Positions 1 to 14,045 of a stretch of DNA of 64,000 nucleotides are shown one piece after another; position 1 is the first letter of the stretch, and each line of letters starts with the position of its first letter. The position numbers and the translations under genes are program-made. The stretch lies in assembly GCF_009914755.1 (NCBI RefSeq), contig NC_060926.1; one strand, 5' to 3'. A model generated the notes under the pieces. It did no database searches. It was not told the origin of the DNA and saw only the letters and a program-made list of their open reading frames with translations. The stretch is from the human T2T-CHM13v2.0 reference genome, Homo sapiens.

Positions 1-214
1 GAACATGTGAGGTTTGGTGTTCTGTCCTTGTGATAGTTTGCTCAGAATGATGGTTTCCAGCTTCATCCATGTCCCTACAAAGGACATGAACTCATCCTTT
101 TTTATGGCTGCATAGTATTCCATGGTGTATATGTGCCACATTTTCTTAATCCAGTCTATCATTGATGGACATTTGGGTTGGTTCCAAGTCTTTGCTATTG
201 TGAGTAGTGCTGCA
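1..214 (-). mobile_element. L1PA (about L1PA4-7) 3' end of ORF2/3'UTR; non-inverted arm of a 5'-inverted L1, continuing off the left edge
   Basis: Reverse complement of the L1 3' region (gtccctacaaaggacatgaactcatcc...ggttccaagtctttgctattgtga); switches orientation abruptly at 214/215. Confidence 0.92.
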
Positions 215-257
215 GTACAAAAAGGAGCTGGTATCATTCCTTCTGAAACTATTCTAA

Positions 258-1844
<1,587 letters not shown>

Positions 1845-1986
1845 TGAAGAGGCAACCTACAGAATGGGAGAAAATTTTTACAATCTACCCATCTGACAAA
1901 GGGCTAATATCCAGAATCTACAAAAGAACTTAAACAAATTTACAAGAAAAAAATCAAACAACTCCATCAAAAAGTGGGCGAAGGAC

Positions 1987-2318
1987 ATGAACAGACACTT
2001 CTCAAAAGAAGACATTTATGCAGCCAACAGACACATGAAAAAACGCTCATCATCACTGGCCATCAGAGAAATGCAAATCAAAACCACAGTGAGATACCAT
2101 CTCACACCAGTTAGAATGGCGATCATTAAAAAGTCAGGAAACAACAGGTGCTGGAGAGGATGTGGAGAAATAGGAACACTTTTACACTGTTGGTGGGACT
2201 GTAAACTAGTTCAACCATTGTGGAAGACAGTGTGGCGATTCCTCAAGGATCTAGAACTAGAAATACCATTTGACCCAGCCATCCCGTTACTGGGTATATA
2301 CTCAAAGGATTATAAATC
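1987..2318 (+). pseudogene. LINE-1 ORF2p C-terminal cysteine-rich fragment (frameshifted)
   Basis: [27 protein letters not shown] motif; the ORF runs into flanking DNA after 2318. Confidence 0.88.
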
Positions 2319-4077
2319 TTTTACATATGCTTCAATGGGCGCGGGATGTGCAATGGTGAACTGTAGCTAGCCAGTCAGTCATGGAAATCTCCATCGTACT
2401 TATTTTCTAATGTTTGTGACTGAGAGTGTGTCCTTCTTTTGTTGCTTTACTACTAATGTACTTAATTTCTTCATCTATTTTAAAGCATTTGTGGGATTTA
2501 TACTATATTATAATCCATACATTTCTAGAATTGTTTTCTTAAAATTCACTTTTTGAATTATCAATTTTTCTTAATGATCAGCTTGACAATTCAGATGCTT
2601 ATACAAATGTGCACATATACATGCACACAGAGTATTGGTTACTCACCTATTGTCATACAAACTGACCATAGGGATGTTACTGCTTTCTCTGGTTTTTAAT
2701 AGGTGAGATACTTCAGAAACCTCTATTTGCTATTTCAGCTCTTCAAACCTTTATTGAATCCTTCTTTTTGAACTTAATGTCATTTTTATTTTCCTGACTG
2801 AAACTGCATGTTTTTAAAAGAAGTTGATTGTGCTAAAACATTTATAAAGTAAAACACCAGTACCTTTATATCTCCTCCACCAATAGAGAAAATTTACAAC
2901 CATTTTAAACATTTAAGGTAAGTATACGTTTTGAGATTTGAGAGGTGGGCCAAAATAATTACTGCCCATTTCTTCAAAGTAAAGAAAATTTCACTTGGTG
3001 AAAATTGCCTTCATTGATTTTCATCATTATTGAGATCCTTATTCAAAATAACAACCAGAGGTTAAGAGTTACACAGATATCTACTGAATATTACAGAACT
3101 AGTAGACAGGTATATGAAGTAAGAATGAGGTGAATGGGAATAAGGTGAAAGACAAGCTTTTTAACTCTCCAGTAGAAACCTTTTTATTTTTCTTGGCAAA
3201 AACTTTCATAATGCATAAAACTAATCTTCTCTACCATTACCTAGACTATTTTAGATGTCCTAATGAGTAATTATATTGGAGAAAATACTTCGGAATTGAT
3301 TGAATTAGAAAGAAAATGAATCACAATGTCAATTATTGACTAGAAAGAGTGAATGCCATTTTTGATAATTTTGATAATTTAATTCTGTAATTTTCCAAGA
3401 CGCATTATATTTCTCCATATTCTTTGGGTTTGTAGGAGATTATTATCCTTTGTTAATATGGACCCCATTAAGTCTCCTTTTAACATTAGTAGAAAGTGAA
3501 CTGTTTGAAGTTCATAAAAATTGTGTTTCACTCTCATAACTAATTAGAATATTAAGAAGATACTTTAGAAACTATATCTCTAGTACCTAACCAAATGCAA
3601 AAATTCAAGGTAAATATCTTTTTTAATCTTCATTTGTACTTGCATAACAATTTATAAATTAGAGTTCTGAATTTCTAGATAAGAAATATCTTTACAATAA
3701 ATACTGGTAAATTTGTTTTTAATGGGTAAAGTTTAATAAGTAACATCACAAAAACTAAAGATAGTTTACTATCAAAATATCTTGGCCCAAGAAATTGAAC
3801 TTCTTACTTTTTCTTTCTAGCATTTGGCTTTGTAAATACTTAAATTGGTCCCTAGGAGCAATACTGAGGTTGATCACAAATCATTTTTCTATTTTTTGTT
3901 TTATATTCATCATCTGTAACTATGTATTTTTCCTATTACTGAAATGTATGCCAAAAATACATGGTTTGTGGTTAATTCCTGTCTAAGCATTATAATGTGG
4001 CATGTAATAATAACATAGAGTTAGGAAACAAAATTTTCCCTCTCTGTTACCTACTAACTATTTACCTTGAACAAGTA

Positions 4078-4379
4078 TGAATGGTTTGACATTTTCCCAT
4101 GGTAATGAGTGAGATTTTACTGTAATAATTCATATGAGAGCTGGTTGTTTCACAGAGCCTGGCACCCCTACTCTCTCTTGATTCTTTCCTCTTACCCTCT
4201 AATGCCTACTCCCTTTCTTTCCCACTATGATTGAAAACTTCCTGAGATCCACCAGAAGCAGATTCTGGAACTATGCTTCTTGTACAGCCTGCAGAACTAT
4301 AAGTCAAATAAACTTATTTTCTTTATAAATTACCTAGCCTCAGGTGTTCCTTCATACTAATGCAAAATAGACTAAGACA
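4078..4379 (+). mobile_element. MaLR LTR 3' part (MSTC/MSTD-like)
   Basis: cttcttgtacagcctgcagaact...aataaac...ctttataaattacc...gactaagaca terminus typical of MST LTRs. Confidence 0.8.
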
Positions 4380-5111
4380 CATATTAAGGTTAGGTAGTGA
4401 TAAATGTGGACCAAAAGAGATGACAGGTGAATCGTGACTTTTAATATTTGTCCCTGTTTACTTAAACCTAAAAAAAGTTATATGAAATTTTTTGTTGTAT
4501 CTTTTTTAAACTGGCATTTTCTAATTTAAGCAAAATTTAAACATGTTATAAGAATTAAATGCATTTTTTAGTTTTTTACAGAGATAAACTGTTAAAGAAC
4601 ATTTTTCTTTTAATCATGCAGAATTATATATTGTTCTTTCTTGATAATTGTGTGATCAAACTCATTAAATTATACAGCTGAGAAGAATGAGTGCTAATTA
4701 TGTTTACAAGAAAATAATAATATGTCAATAAAATATGCTATCATGTTAATGAAAATTAAGAACATTAATAAGGGTGTATGCTATGCTTATTATAGCAAGT
4801 CCTGTTAATTTGGACCAACATTTTAATTTTCACCTGTAATCTAGTGAGAAATATATTTTAATGTAAATTTAGGTTGATACCAAAAAGGAATGAGAGAATA
4901 TTGTATTTCTTATATTTAGGAATAATTACTGCTGGATTTATATATTTTAATGAAGAAAAATATTGATTAAAAACAATTGGCCAAATGTTTCTACATATTA
5001 TTGTGTAAGGAATAATTTACATTTTCCTAGTTTAAACATCTTTGAAAGCTAAGATATTTTTGTATGTACACTATTAATATTTTGCAAACTGTTTGCAAAC
5101 CTTACAAATAC

Positions 5112-5730
5112 CAGATTCCAATCAAAATCTCAGTGGGAGCTTTCCTCAGAAGTTGACAAGCTGATTCAAAAATTAATAAAGAAATGTGAAAGACCTAGAA
5201 AAGGCAAAATAATTTCAAAAAACAAGAGTAAAACTGAAGGATTTACCCTACTTGCAAAGATGTATATAGTTTCATTTTAAAAATCTCCTTTTGTACAATT
5301 TAATATAGCTTAATTGTTTTCTCTGTAAAAGATTCCTGCTTTCTTTGTTAGGTTGATTATTAGATACTGTTGTTATTGTGCATGGTATTGTATTTTCCAT
5401 TATATTTGCTGTTACTGGTATAGCATAATGCCATTACTAATACTTTTTAGTAAATTACCCATGTAGAGTAATACTATTCATTTTTCACAGATTTAAGAAC
5501 TTTGCTGAACCTTCTTACTTGTTCTAATGTGCTATTGATTTATTTTAGTGTCGTACAGTTAGGATTATTGTATATTATATATTTATCTGAAAACATACCC
5601 CCAAATATACAAAGTGATAACTTTGGAATTACATGGAGAAATGTATAAGTCAACATAAATAGTTGGATATTTTAACATGCTACTCTCAGAAACTGTTAAA
5701 CCAAGCAGACAAAGATAGTTATAGGAAAAA
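5112..5730. mobile_element. Patchwork of ancient L1M ORF2 fragments (+ about 5112-5255, - about 5330-5530, + about 5600-5730)
   Basis: Degenerate matches such as attccaatcaaaatc...ttgacaagctgatt and endonuclease-region atagttggatattttaacatgctactctcag. Confidence 0.55.
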
Positions 5731-6345
5731 TAATAATAACAACATTTATTATGTAGCATTTATACCAGATACTGTTCTAAGCAATTTGATTATATTAATT
5801 TATTTAAATTGCATAGGAAACATATGAGGTAGGTTTATTAGTCTGTTCTTACATGGCTATAAAGACATACCCGAAACTGAGTAATTTATAAAGGAAAGAG
5901 GCTTAATTGAATCACAGTTCTGCATGGCTGGGGAGGCCTCAGGAAACTTACGATCAAGGCAGAAGGTGAGAGAGAAGCAAAGGCAGGTCTTACGTGGCAG
6001 CAGGTGACAGACAGCAAATGAGTAAAGGGGAAAGAGCCCCTTTTAAAACCATCAGATCTCAGGAGAACCCATTCATTATCACGAGAATAGCATGGAGGAA
6101 ACTGCCCCCTTGATCCAATCACCTCCAATCAGATCCCTCCCTCCACACATGGGGATTATAGGGATTACAATTCAAGATGAGTTGTGGGTGGGGACACAGA
6201 GCCAAACCCATATCAGCAGGTAATATTATTACTTCTGTTTTAAAGATAAGAAATATGTAATGCAGAGATAACATAATTTTATATAATATGCCCAAATATC
6301 AGCTCTTGAGTGTTAGAGCTGTGATTTAAATCCTGAGGATAGCCC
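5731..6345 (-). mobile_element. MIR split by a THE1/MST LTR
   Basis: taataataacaacatttatt...actgttctaagc...atgaggtagg on the left; attattacttctgttttaaagataagaaa...agagctgtgatttaaatcc on the right. Confidence 0.7.
5834..6215 (-). mobile_element. THE1D/MSTA-like solo MaLR LTR
   Basis: (t)tattagtctgttc...gggacacagagccaaacccatatca; 5-bp TSD gtagg (5829-5833) / gcagg (6216-6220). Confidence 0.9.
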
Positions 6346-6409
6346 CAATTTCCATGGTCTTTGTCTACTATTTTTCTTATCAATTTTAGTAACAAAAGCA
6401 TAAAGTTTA

Positions 6410-6599
6410 AACTTATAATTTATACCTCACAAGTGGAATACATACATTCTGAGGCATAATAAGAGATTCCCAAAATTCATTCAATCATTTATTCCACTAA
6501 AGAAGCCTCAATGCACACACACAAAAAATTAAAATCAAACAGACTGTATTCTATGACCAGAAGGATTAAAATTAGAACTCACTAGCAAAAAGTAAAATA
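6410..6599 (+). mobile_element. Ancient L1M endonuclease-region fragment
   Basis: gaatacatacattc...ttctatgaccagaaggattaaaattagaa; continues the 5600-5730 piece. Confidence 0.55.
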
Positions 6600-6918
6600 G
6601 GCCAGGTGTGGTGGCTCACACCTGTAATCCCAGCACTTTGGGGGTCCAAGTTGGGAGGATGGTTTCAGTCCAGGAGTTAGAGATCAGCCTGGGCAAAATG
6701 TGAGACCCTGTCTCTACAAAAAAACAGAAAAAAAATCAAAAAATTTGCCAGGCGTGGTGGCATATGCCTGTGGTCTCAGCTCCATACATGGGAGGCTAAG
6801 GTGGGAGGTTTGCTTGAGCCCAGAAGATTGAGGCTGTGCAGTGAGCCGTGTTCATGCCACTGCTCTCCAGCCTACGTGACAAAGCAAGACTCTATCCCAA
6901 AAAGAAGGAGAAGAAAAA
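6600..6918 (+). mobile_element. AluJ
   Basis: Full dimer with J-type diagnostics (gtccaggagt, cagcctgggcaa, tgagaccctgtctctacaaaa) and a degraded A tail. Confidence 0.93.
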
Positions 6919-7124
6919 TGTGTCTATAAAATAAAAACAAATGTAATAGCTGCATATCCAAGGCACTATGCATACATACATACATCTAATTACTTTTAAA
7001 ATAACTTTCAAAAATATTAATATTTTATTGTTACATTGACCACTTACTCTCGCCATCCTACATGTATCTTCAAATTCCATATGCTAAATTAATAACTTGG
7101 AATAAATAATCCAACATAATTGCC

Positions 7125-7609
7125 TAACTTATATACTGCTGTTCAATAAATCACCCCAAGACTTAGCTGCTGAACAAGAAACACTTATAATCTATAGTGC
7201 CTGTAAGTCAAGAATCTGGGAGCAGTTAGGTAGATTTTTCTACTTGAGTCTCTCATAAGACTGAATAAAAGCATAGACCAGTGTTGCAGTCATGCTACAG
7301 CTCAAATTGGAATGGATTAGCTTCCAAATTCACTTGCTGGTTGTTGGAAAGCCTCAGAAGATTAACTTGTAGACTCAATCACAAGGACCTCTCTTCATAG
7401 GGCTGCCTCGAGATATAGAAGATGAGTGACCACAGCAGAAACTTTCTCATAACTTAATCTCAGAATGACATTCCATCACCTCTGTCTTATTCTATTCATT
7501 AGAAGTAAGTCAGTATTTTCAGTCTTCACACAAAGTGAGGGTATTACACAAAGGTGTGAATACCAAGAGGCAAAGAATATTAGGGGCCAGCATACAGATA
7601 CCTATCACA
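7125..7609 (-). mobile_element. MLT1F-like MaLR 3' LTR
   Basis: aaatcaccccaagacttag...ttccatcacctctgtcttattctattcattagaagtaagtca...gtgtgaataccaagagg...cctatcaca. Confidence 0.8.
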
Positions 7610-8791
7610 ACAGTACTCAGTCTGGTTCCTGACAATTTATGTCTCACTCAGATGCAAAATACACAAGGCCCCAAAAAGTTTTATTCCATCACTGCATCAG
7701 CAAGTATTATCATCTCAATCAAGCCCATACATGAATGAAGCTTTGCAGGTAGTTTCCTGAGTACAGCGCCTCAAGTATAGTTGCTCTCAATCTGTAGAAC
7801 AAGAAAACTCAAAATTCAGGTTGTCTTCTTTCAATGTACACAGCATGCAATGGTGAGACAGGCATAGGATAACTGCTATAGGCATTTCCATTTTAAAAGG
7901 GGGACATGATAGGCAGAAAGTAGTCACTTATCCATAATAATTCTAAAATCTAGCTAAAGGTTGGAAGCTGCTTGAGTCTCAAGGACCAACAATAATTCTA
8001 CCCTTTTGGTGCCACCCTATGAATCTTTTTCCTTTTTCATGAAAGGTAGCACTCTTTTTGGAGGTAAGAAGATGTTATTAACCTGATTTGGCAAATAGAA
8101 TTTTGGAGGTCCAAAGGCCTCTCTTCGGCTAATGCATTCTTAATTTTAGCATCATTTGCAGTCTAGAGAGGCTGAGGTATTTTTTTTACCCCCCATAGAG
8201 ACAGGGTCTCACTCTGTTGCCCAAGCTGGAGTGCAGTGGCACAATCATAGTTTACTGCAGGTTTGAACTCAGGGGCTCAAGTGATCCTCCTGATTTGGCC
8301 TCCTAAAGTACTGGGATTACAGGCATGAGCTACTCCTCCTGGCTGAAGCTGAGGATTTTAAAACCATCATTTTCTGGTTCTTTAAAAGAAGCTTTATTTG
8401 GATTTATTTGTTTTCTCATGCATTTCACTATTAGCAGCATGAAGAACCTAGGCAGCATCTTCAAAACTTTTCTCAGACATCTCCTTAGGGAGATTACTCA
8501 GTCCATTGGGCACATGTTTCATTTTCTACACAACCCAGTTTAGTATCACTGATCTTTCTATCACTAAATAGCAAAGATCCTCCTTGTTCTAGTTTTCAAA
8601 GAGATTTTCTTCATCTTCCTGTAGGCTGTCACCCACAGTACATTCAAAGTCCAAAATTCCACAAACAGAATGTTCAAGGCACTTTAAATTTTCATTAACA
8701 CTCTTCTCAAAGTCCATACTGCTCAATTTCAAAGCCACTCTCACATTTTAGGTTTGTATAATGGCAATGCTCACATTTAGGCACCAAAATC
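7610..8791 (-). mobile_element. MLT1-int internal region
   Basis: Lies between two homologous LTRs and ends in ggcaccaaaatc (minus strand gattttggtgcc, the PBS-like start of MaLR internal sequences). Confidence 0.72.
8180..8343 (-). mobile_element. Alu monomer (FRAM/FLAM-like or collapsed AluJ)
   Basis: ~165-bp monomer; approximate TSD gaggctgagg / gaagctgagg. Confidence 0.85.
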
Positions 8792-9320
8792 TGTATTAAT
8801 AATCTATTTCTGCTTGATAAATTACCCCACATCTTAGTGATAAAAAATACAAACATTTATTATGTCACAGTTTCTGTGGGTCGGCAAGTCAGAAGCAGCT
8901 GTGCTGGGTATTTCTGCCTAATGTTTTGTCATGTGTCTGGAATCAAGGTGTCAGCTGAAATGGCAATCATCTCAATTTTAACTAGGGTAGGGTCTACTCC
9001 CAAGCTTATTCTCATGGCCCTGGCACCCCTCAGAAGGTCTGCTTCTAGGACAGCTATGTGAATTGCCTCATAACATGCCAGCTACTTCATGACATGCCAG
9101 CTCATCTCCCTCAGACTGGGTAATCCAAGACAGAGCAAGAAAGAGTGCCAAAGACAAAGCTACAATCTTTTTATGACCTAATGTCAGAGGTGACATTTCT
9201 TTATGTCTGCCATATTTTATTCACTGGAAATGAATCAATAAGTCCAGTGCATATTCCAGGGTAAACTATTACAAAAAAGCAAATAACAGCAGACAAAGAT
9301 TACTGGTGTTGGAAGCTATG
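8792..9320 (-). mobile_element. MLT1F-like MaLR 5' LTR
   Basis: tgtattaataatctatt...aattaccccac...tcacagtttctgtgggtc...tctgccatattttattcactggaaatgaatca; homologous to 7125-7609. Confidence 0.8.
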
Positions 9321-10082
9321 CGAGTGGAAGTTCATCTGCAAGGCTGTGCATTGTAGCAGTTTTTTATAAATATATACAAACTAGTTTGGAAGTGTCTGTA
9401 ATATTGAGTTAATATGGTCTGCTATTTCAAGGCTGTGTTTTTTTTAAAAATATATATATATATTCTTTATCTTAAAATGGAAACCACAAACAAGTGAAGT
9501 CTGAAAGAGAATAAAACAGACACTGCGGGAACTAGGATTCATAGCTGTATAATCACTCACCACACTTTGAGTGGGAAATCCAAAGGGAAGAGATGGTATT
9601 ATCTGAACCTAGAAGAGGGAACATCCTGCAGCAGCTACTTAGAACTTTGATGAGGAGCTACAGTTTGAATGTGCTCAAAGGGCAGAAGAGAAGTGGACAC
9701 AGCTTTGTGCTTCTGAAACTCCTGACTTCTAAGTGCATATTTCTGGGCTGTTATTTATATCCCAGAAGCAGTGACACATGTCTGCTGCTGGATTCTGGAC
9801 ATAGCTCTCCTGACCAGACAGAGGTCACCAGACCAAAAAGATGGGAGTTTTTCTCACTTCCAGCCATCTAATCTTCCAATCTTCCACCAGTGACTACCAT
9901 TAGGAGAGATGACTCTTCACTAGCAAGAAAGTTGGCTAGAAGACGAAAGGTAAGTGCCTCCTAACAGAACATTATAATGCTTTTAGGTTACTACAGACCT
10001 GACCACATAGAAAGTTCTGTGAAATCTTTAAAATGTCATACATATTTATTTTCAGGTTGACATTAAGAGCCTTGATTCAAAC

Positions 10083-10680
10083 AGGTTCCCAATAAACAGG
10101 TGCTGAAAAAGAGTTGGGATACAAGATATTTACTAGGGGTGAACATCTGTAAAGGGAAGAGAGAAGAAAAAAAAATTGAGTAGATCAATGATTCTCAAAC
10201 TTCAGCATCTATCAGAATCACCTAGAGAATTTGTTAAAACAGAAATTGCTGATACCCACTCCCAAAATATCTGATTCAGTAGCCTGGGATGAGCTCAATA
10301 ATTTGCATATTTAAAAGTATCCTAGATGTTGTTGATGCTGCTAGTACAGGCTTTGTGTAGAGCAAGACTCAAACTGTAATGCAGGATCAAGAAAGTATCG
10401 GTCAACTTGGCAGGGAGCTCTCAGGAGAGCACTACTCATCAGACAATATCCTGTTGGGCCAAAAGTATCAAGTTCTTCTGTTATATCTTCATCTCTCTCA
10501 GTCACTGGACTCTGGTGGCCCTGTGAATGGCATTAAGTTGGGTGAAGCCAGCTCTCTGCAGCTGAGACCAGCTCTGAAGAAGTTAAAAGCTGAAGACTGT
10601 CTGCTCACCTCCCCCGCTGCTGTTGCATAGTAAGGCCTTCCCTGATGAGGAGAATCTGGGGTACATCTCCATATTTACCA
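10083..10680 (-). mobile_element. ERVL LTR (LTR16A-like), interrupted by MER5A
   Basis: ggttcccc...caggtgctga...caagatatttact and ttgggtgaagccagctctctgcagctgag...gactgtctgct. Confidence 0.6.
10186..10355. mobile_element. MER5A (hAT-Charlie MITE)
   Basis: caatgattctcaaactt...atcagaatcacctagag...ctgattcagtag...atttgcat...gatgctgct. Confidence 0.85.
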
Positions 10681-13349
10681 AGAAGGTTGAAGTAGTTTCT
10701 TTACATGGACTGCTATGAATTTTAAAAAATCAATTAAATTAATGTGGCACCCAATATTCAAATAAAATATAATATACAGAATTACCATTCCCTATAAAAT
10801 TATAAAACACAATGGAAAGAAAAATGTGCATACAAAACAAATGTGATATCTCTATGTTTTCATATTGTTCTGAAATAATTATGCCATAAACGTATAAAAC
10901 AAAGCTATTTTACAAAAATAATGCAGGATGCAATTAAGGATGTTAGAGCTCTTCTGAAGGATAAAGATGTAAAGTTCAGGTACAATGGGAAAAATTAATG
11001 ATTCAGTTATGTAAAATACTCACTTTCTTGGTTGCAAACATAAACTACATTCAAGCCAAGGTTGATCTAATTATGAATTTATACTGGAAACAAAATATAA
11101 ATTTGTGGCTAAATTATAATTTATTTTAATGTTAATCTTAAAGTGTATTTAAATACTCTGTATCCTCAGATAAATTTCTGAAATATACATATATATAAAG
11201 CATTTAAACTTTATTTATATATATTATTATTATATTTATGCTGCAATTTATATGCATATGTTTTAATGCTTTAAAGCTAATTATATGTGTGTGTGTATAT
11301 ATATATATATATAAAATCTCCTTAACCACAAAAATTTTTTTATTCAAATGATAACTAGCAGGAGGTTTTTATTTTGAGAAATGAATCAGTAATTTATTAC
11401 ATAAAAAGATCTCTTCTATTTTAAAATATAATCCTGTTAATAGAATGAATTAACTTTTTCCTTCATTTTGCAAATCCCAATATTGCTGAGTATACAACTT
11501 GGGTGCTATTTCACTGGCCATCCTCAGCTAGCATTCCTGAGTCCATGACTTAGTAATAAGTTGCTTCAAAAATTGCAGCATAAATTCTGATGGCCAGATT
11601 AAAAGATATAAGCTTAAAATAATCATAGAAGTGTCTGAAACATATTCTATCCTTCACGATGTACACTTTGAGAATTATTCTTTGTATTTTAATTCGTTAA
11701 AAATTTGGAGCAAATATTCACTTAAAAAATGACACATTTTAAACAAAAGCTAATCAATAGAGTTGCCAATCCCACAAAAATTCTTACGTATTTTATATTG
11801 CAGCATTGAATTAAGCAGTTCAATTGTTATGAATATTTGGATATTATATATTATATTATTGTATTATATTATATGTGTATTTAAAGCTTCAGAATATATT
11901 AATATGGCAATATTGTTTTAGGATTAATATTATTCCAGTCATTTTTACAAGATAATTTAAGTTATATTAATATATGTATATGTAAATTTAAGTGTATATG
12001 TGCTTTTTAATATATAAGTCTATCTAGTCACATACAGATGGTTTGAATATGATGTAAGAGTGAGTGGTTATGGGAATGAGAGGAAATGGGGGTGTGTATA
12101 ATTGGGGCTGGATCAGTGTTTAAGTAGACATATTTATATTCAATGGTGTCTCCTATACCTATAATTATCTAATATGTCTTTATGTGTGGGGAAACATGCA
12201 TGTAAGCATGTTTATCAAAATCTCTAACGTAAATATTTTGGTTTAAATTGTATTTAACAGGTGTAGTGACAAGTTTTATAATTACTGGGCTTGTGCATGT
12301 TTATTTAAAATCCTCAGGGATTTAAAGAAAATTTGTCAGATTTAATAGATGTAAAGATTTCAAACATTAAGAAGCTGACTACATTTGGAAGTAGATATTT
12401 CAAATGATTCAGAGAAACAGACTAAATTTTCAGTTGTAGTTTGAAATGTCTTATGGAATTGACAAAGTAAGTTTGTAAACATTGCTAGATGTTTAGGAAA
12501 ACTTACTCATCAAAATGAAAATTTATTGATTACTAAAGAAATCATAAATGAAAGTATTTAGTGGTAACATATTACTATATAATTGAATATATTTGATTGT
12601 AAGTTGTGTGGGAACTTCAAAGGAAAGCAAGTTTTAAAATTTCTAAACTGAAAAAATAGAGCAAAAGAAAATATTAGCAATCATAGATTTGTTTTTTAAC
12701 AAACACAGAGGGCATGCCTCCCTCATAACAAAATCCAAAATAACAAATATGTACAAGGTCTGCCAAAATCCTCAACCACACCTGTGATGATGAAAGGTAA
12801 TTTCTCTGTCTATAAATGATTTATTTTTGATTACAGGCCCTCTCCAACCTGTTTACAGAGTAGAAAGTAAAAGAAAATCAACAGAAAAACTAGATTTAGT
12901 GCATATAATAAATGATTTCAAGAATGTCTTAAGAAAATGTTGTCTCTCTAGATAAAAATGCCTACCCTATCACACTACTCAGAATTTATCTACAAATGAT
13001 AATAAGTGTACAGAAGCCTGGCTATGAGATCTCTTGTTGAGAAGAGAAGAGGGTTCTATTTCCAGTTCCCTGGTCACTCTTTGCCAAATAGCTTTTGCAG
13101 GCAAAGTCCATGCCATGGTAACAAATAATCTTCTCCTTGTGTCTTTAGCATGGCTCAGTATTAGTCCTCGGCATGCTCAATTTTCCTTCGATCCTGTGTG
13201 GCAGAGTACACTTCTCTGCTTCTCTGTCAGATCTTCCTTCTGGCATCTGCTTTTAGGAATCTTGCTAGCTTAGGGTCCACAATTACCCAACTGGCTATAA
13301 ACTAACTTTCTCCATATCACATGGTAAATACGGGAGTCTCCATTATAAA

Positions 13350-13635
13350 AATGCTACAATGATGACCTCGGCATATATGTTGTTTATTTCTATGCAGCAG
13401 GCTGAGATCCATTAGCTTATAAGCCCTTCAGAGCCAAATACAAAATTTTCCATATCCAATTGTTTTAAATATAGCCTACATTTTTAGCCACTTATAGCTT
13501 GTTTGCTTTGTGAAATTGCACTCAACAACTCTTGGCCATAGGTCAGGTAATCCTTGGATCTATAAAGACCTCAAACTGCTGCTGCCCTTCAGAGCTCTCT
13601 GAACTAGAGACTCCCTGCTGTATTGCTGAGCTAGG
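13350..13635 (+). mobile_element. Old ERV LTR fragment (family uncertain, MER89/MER74-like)
   Basis: LTR-like composition with atccaattgttttaaatatagcc and a TATA-like ctataaaga followed by an R-like segment. Confidence 0.4.
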
Positions 13636-13759
13636 TTGCCTACACTAACAAAATTCTACGTGTAAAATTCAGAATTTAAAATATTTGTTTAAAGCCACAT
13701 TGATATTTGACCAATTACACTACTTTTTCTTTCTTTTCTTTTTTCTTTCCTTCAATTAT

Positions 13760-14045
13760 AGGAAGGAGAAGGAGGAGGAGGAGGAAGAAGAGGAAGAGGA
13801 GGAGGGGAAGAAGAAGAGGAAGAGGAAGAGAAGAGGAAGAAGACGGAGAAGGTGAAGAAGGAGAAGGAGAAGAAGAAGAAGAACAAGAAGAAGAAAAGGG
13901 AGGGGGAGGGGGAGGGGAAGGAAAAGGAGAGGAGGAAGAGAAGGAGAAGGAGGAAAAGGAGGAGAAGGAAGAAGAGGAGGGAGGGAGGGGGAGAGGAAGA
14001 GAGAGAGGGAGAGGAAGAAGGAGAAGGAGGAGAACAGGAAGAGGA
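13760..14045 (+). repeat. ~285-bp almost pure purine (GGA/GAA/GGGA) low-complexity tract
   Basis: Directly visible; only a few C residues interrupt it; preceded by a short pyrimidine tract at 13723-13753. Confidence 0.97.

Noticed and set aside
2870-2925. Possible 31-nt micro-exon ending in AAG|GTAAGT
   Set aside because: Weak acceptor, length not a multiple of three, no supporting neighbouring exons; expected by chance. The same applies to isolated GTAAGT sites near 12467, 22290 and 42785.
9480-9905. Possible very old MaLR/ERVL LTR fragment and the 92-aa ORF at 9593-9871
   Set aside because: Similarity is too weak to assign by eye, and the ORF has no recognisable domain.
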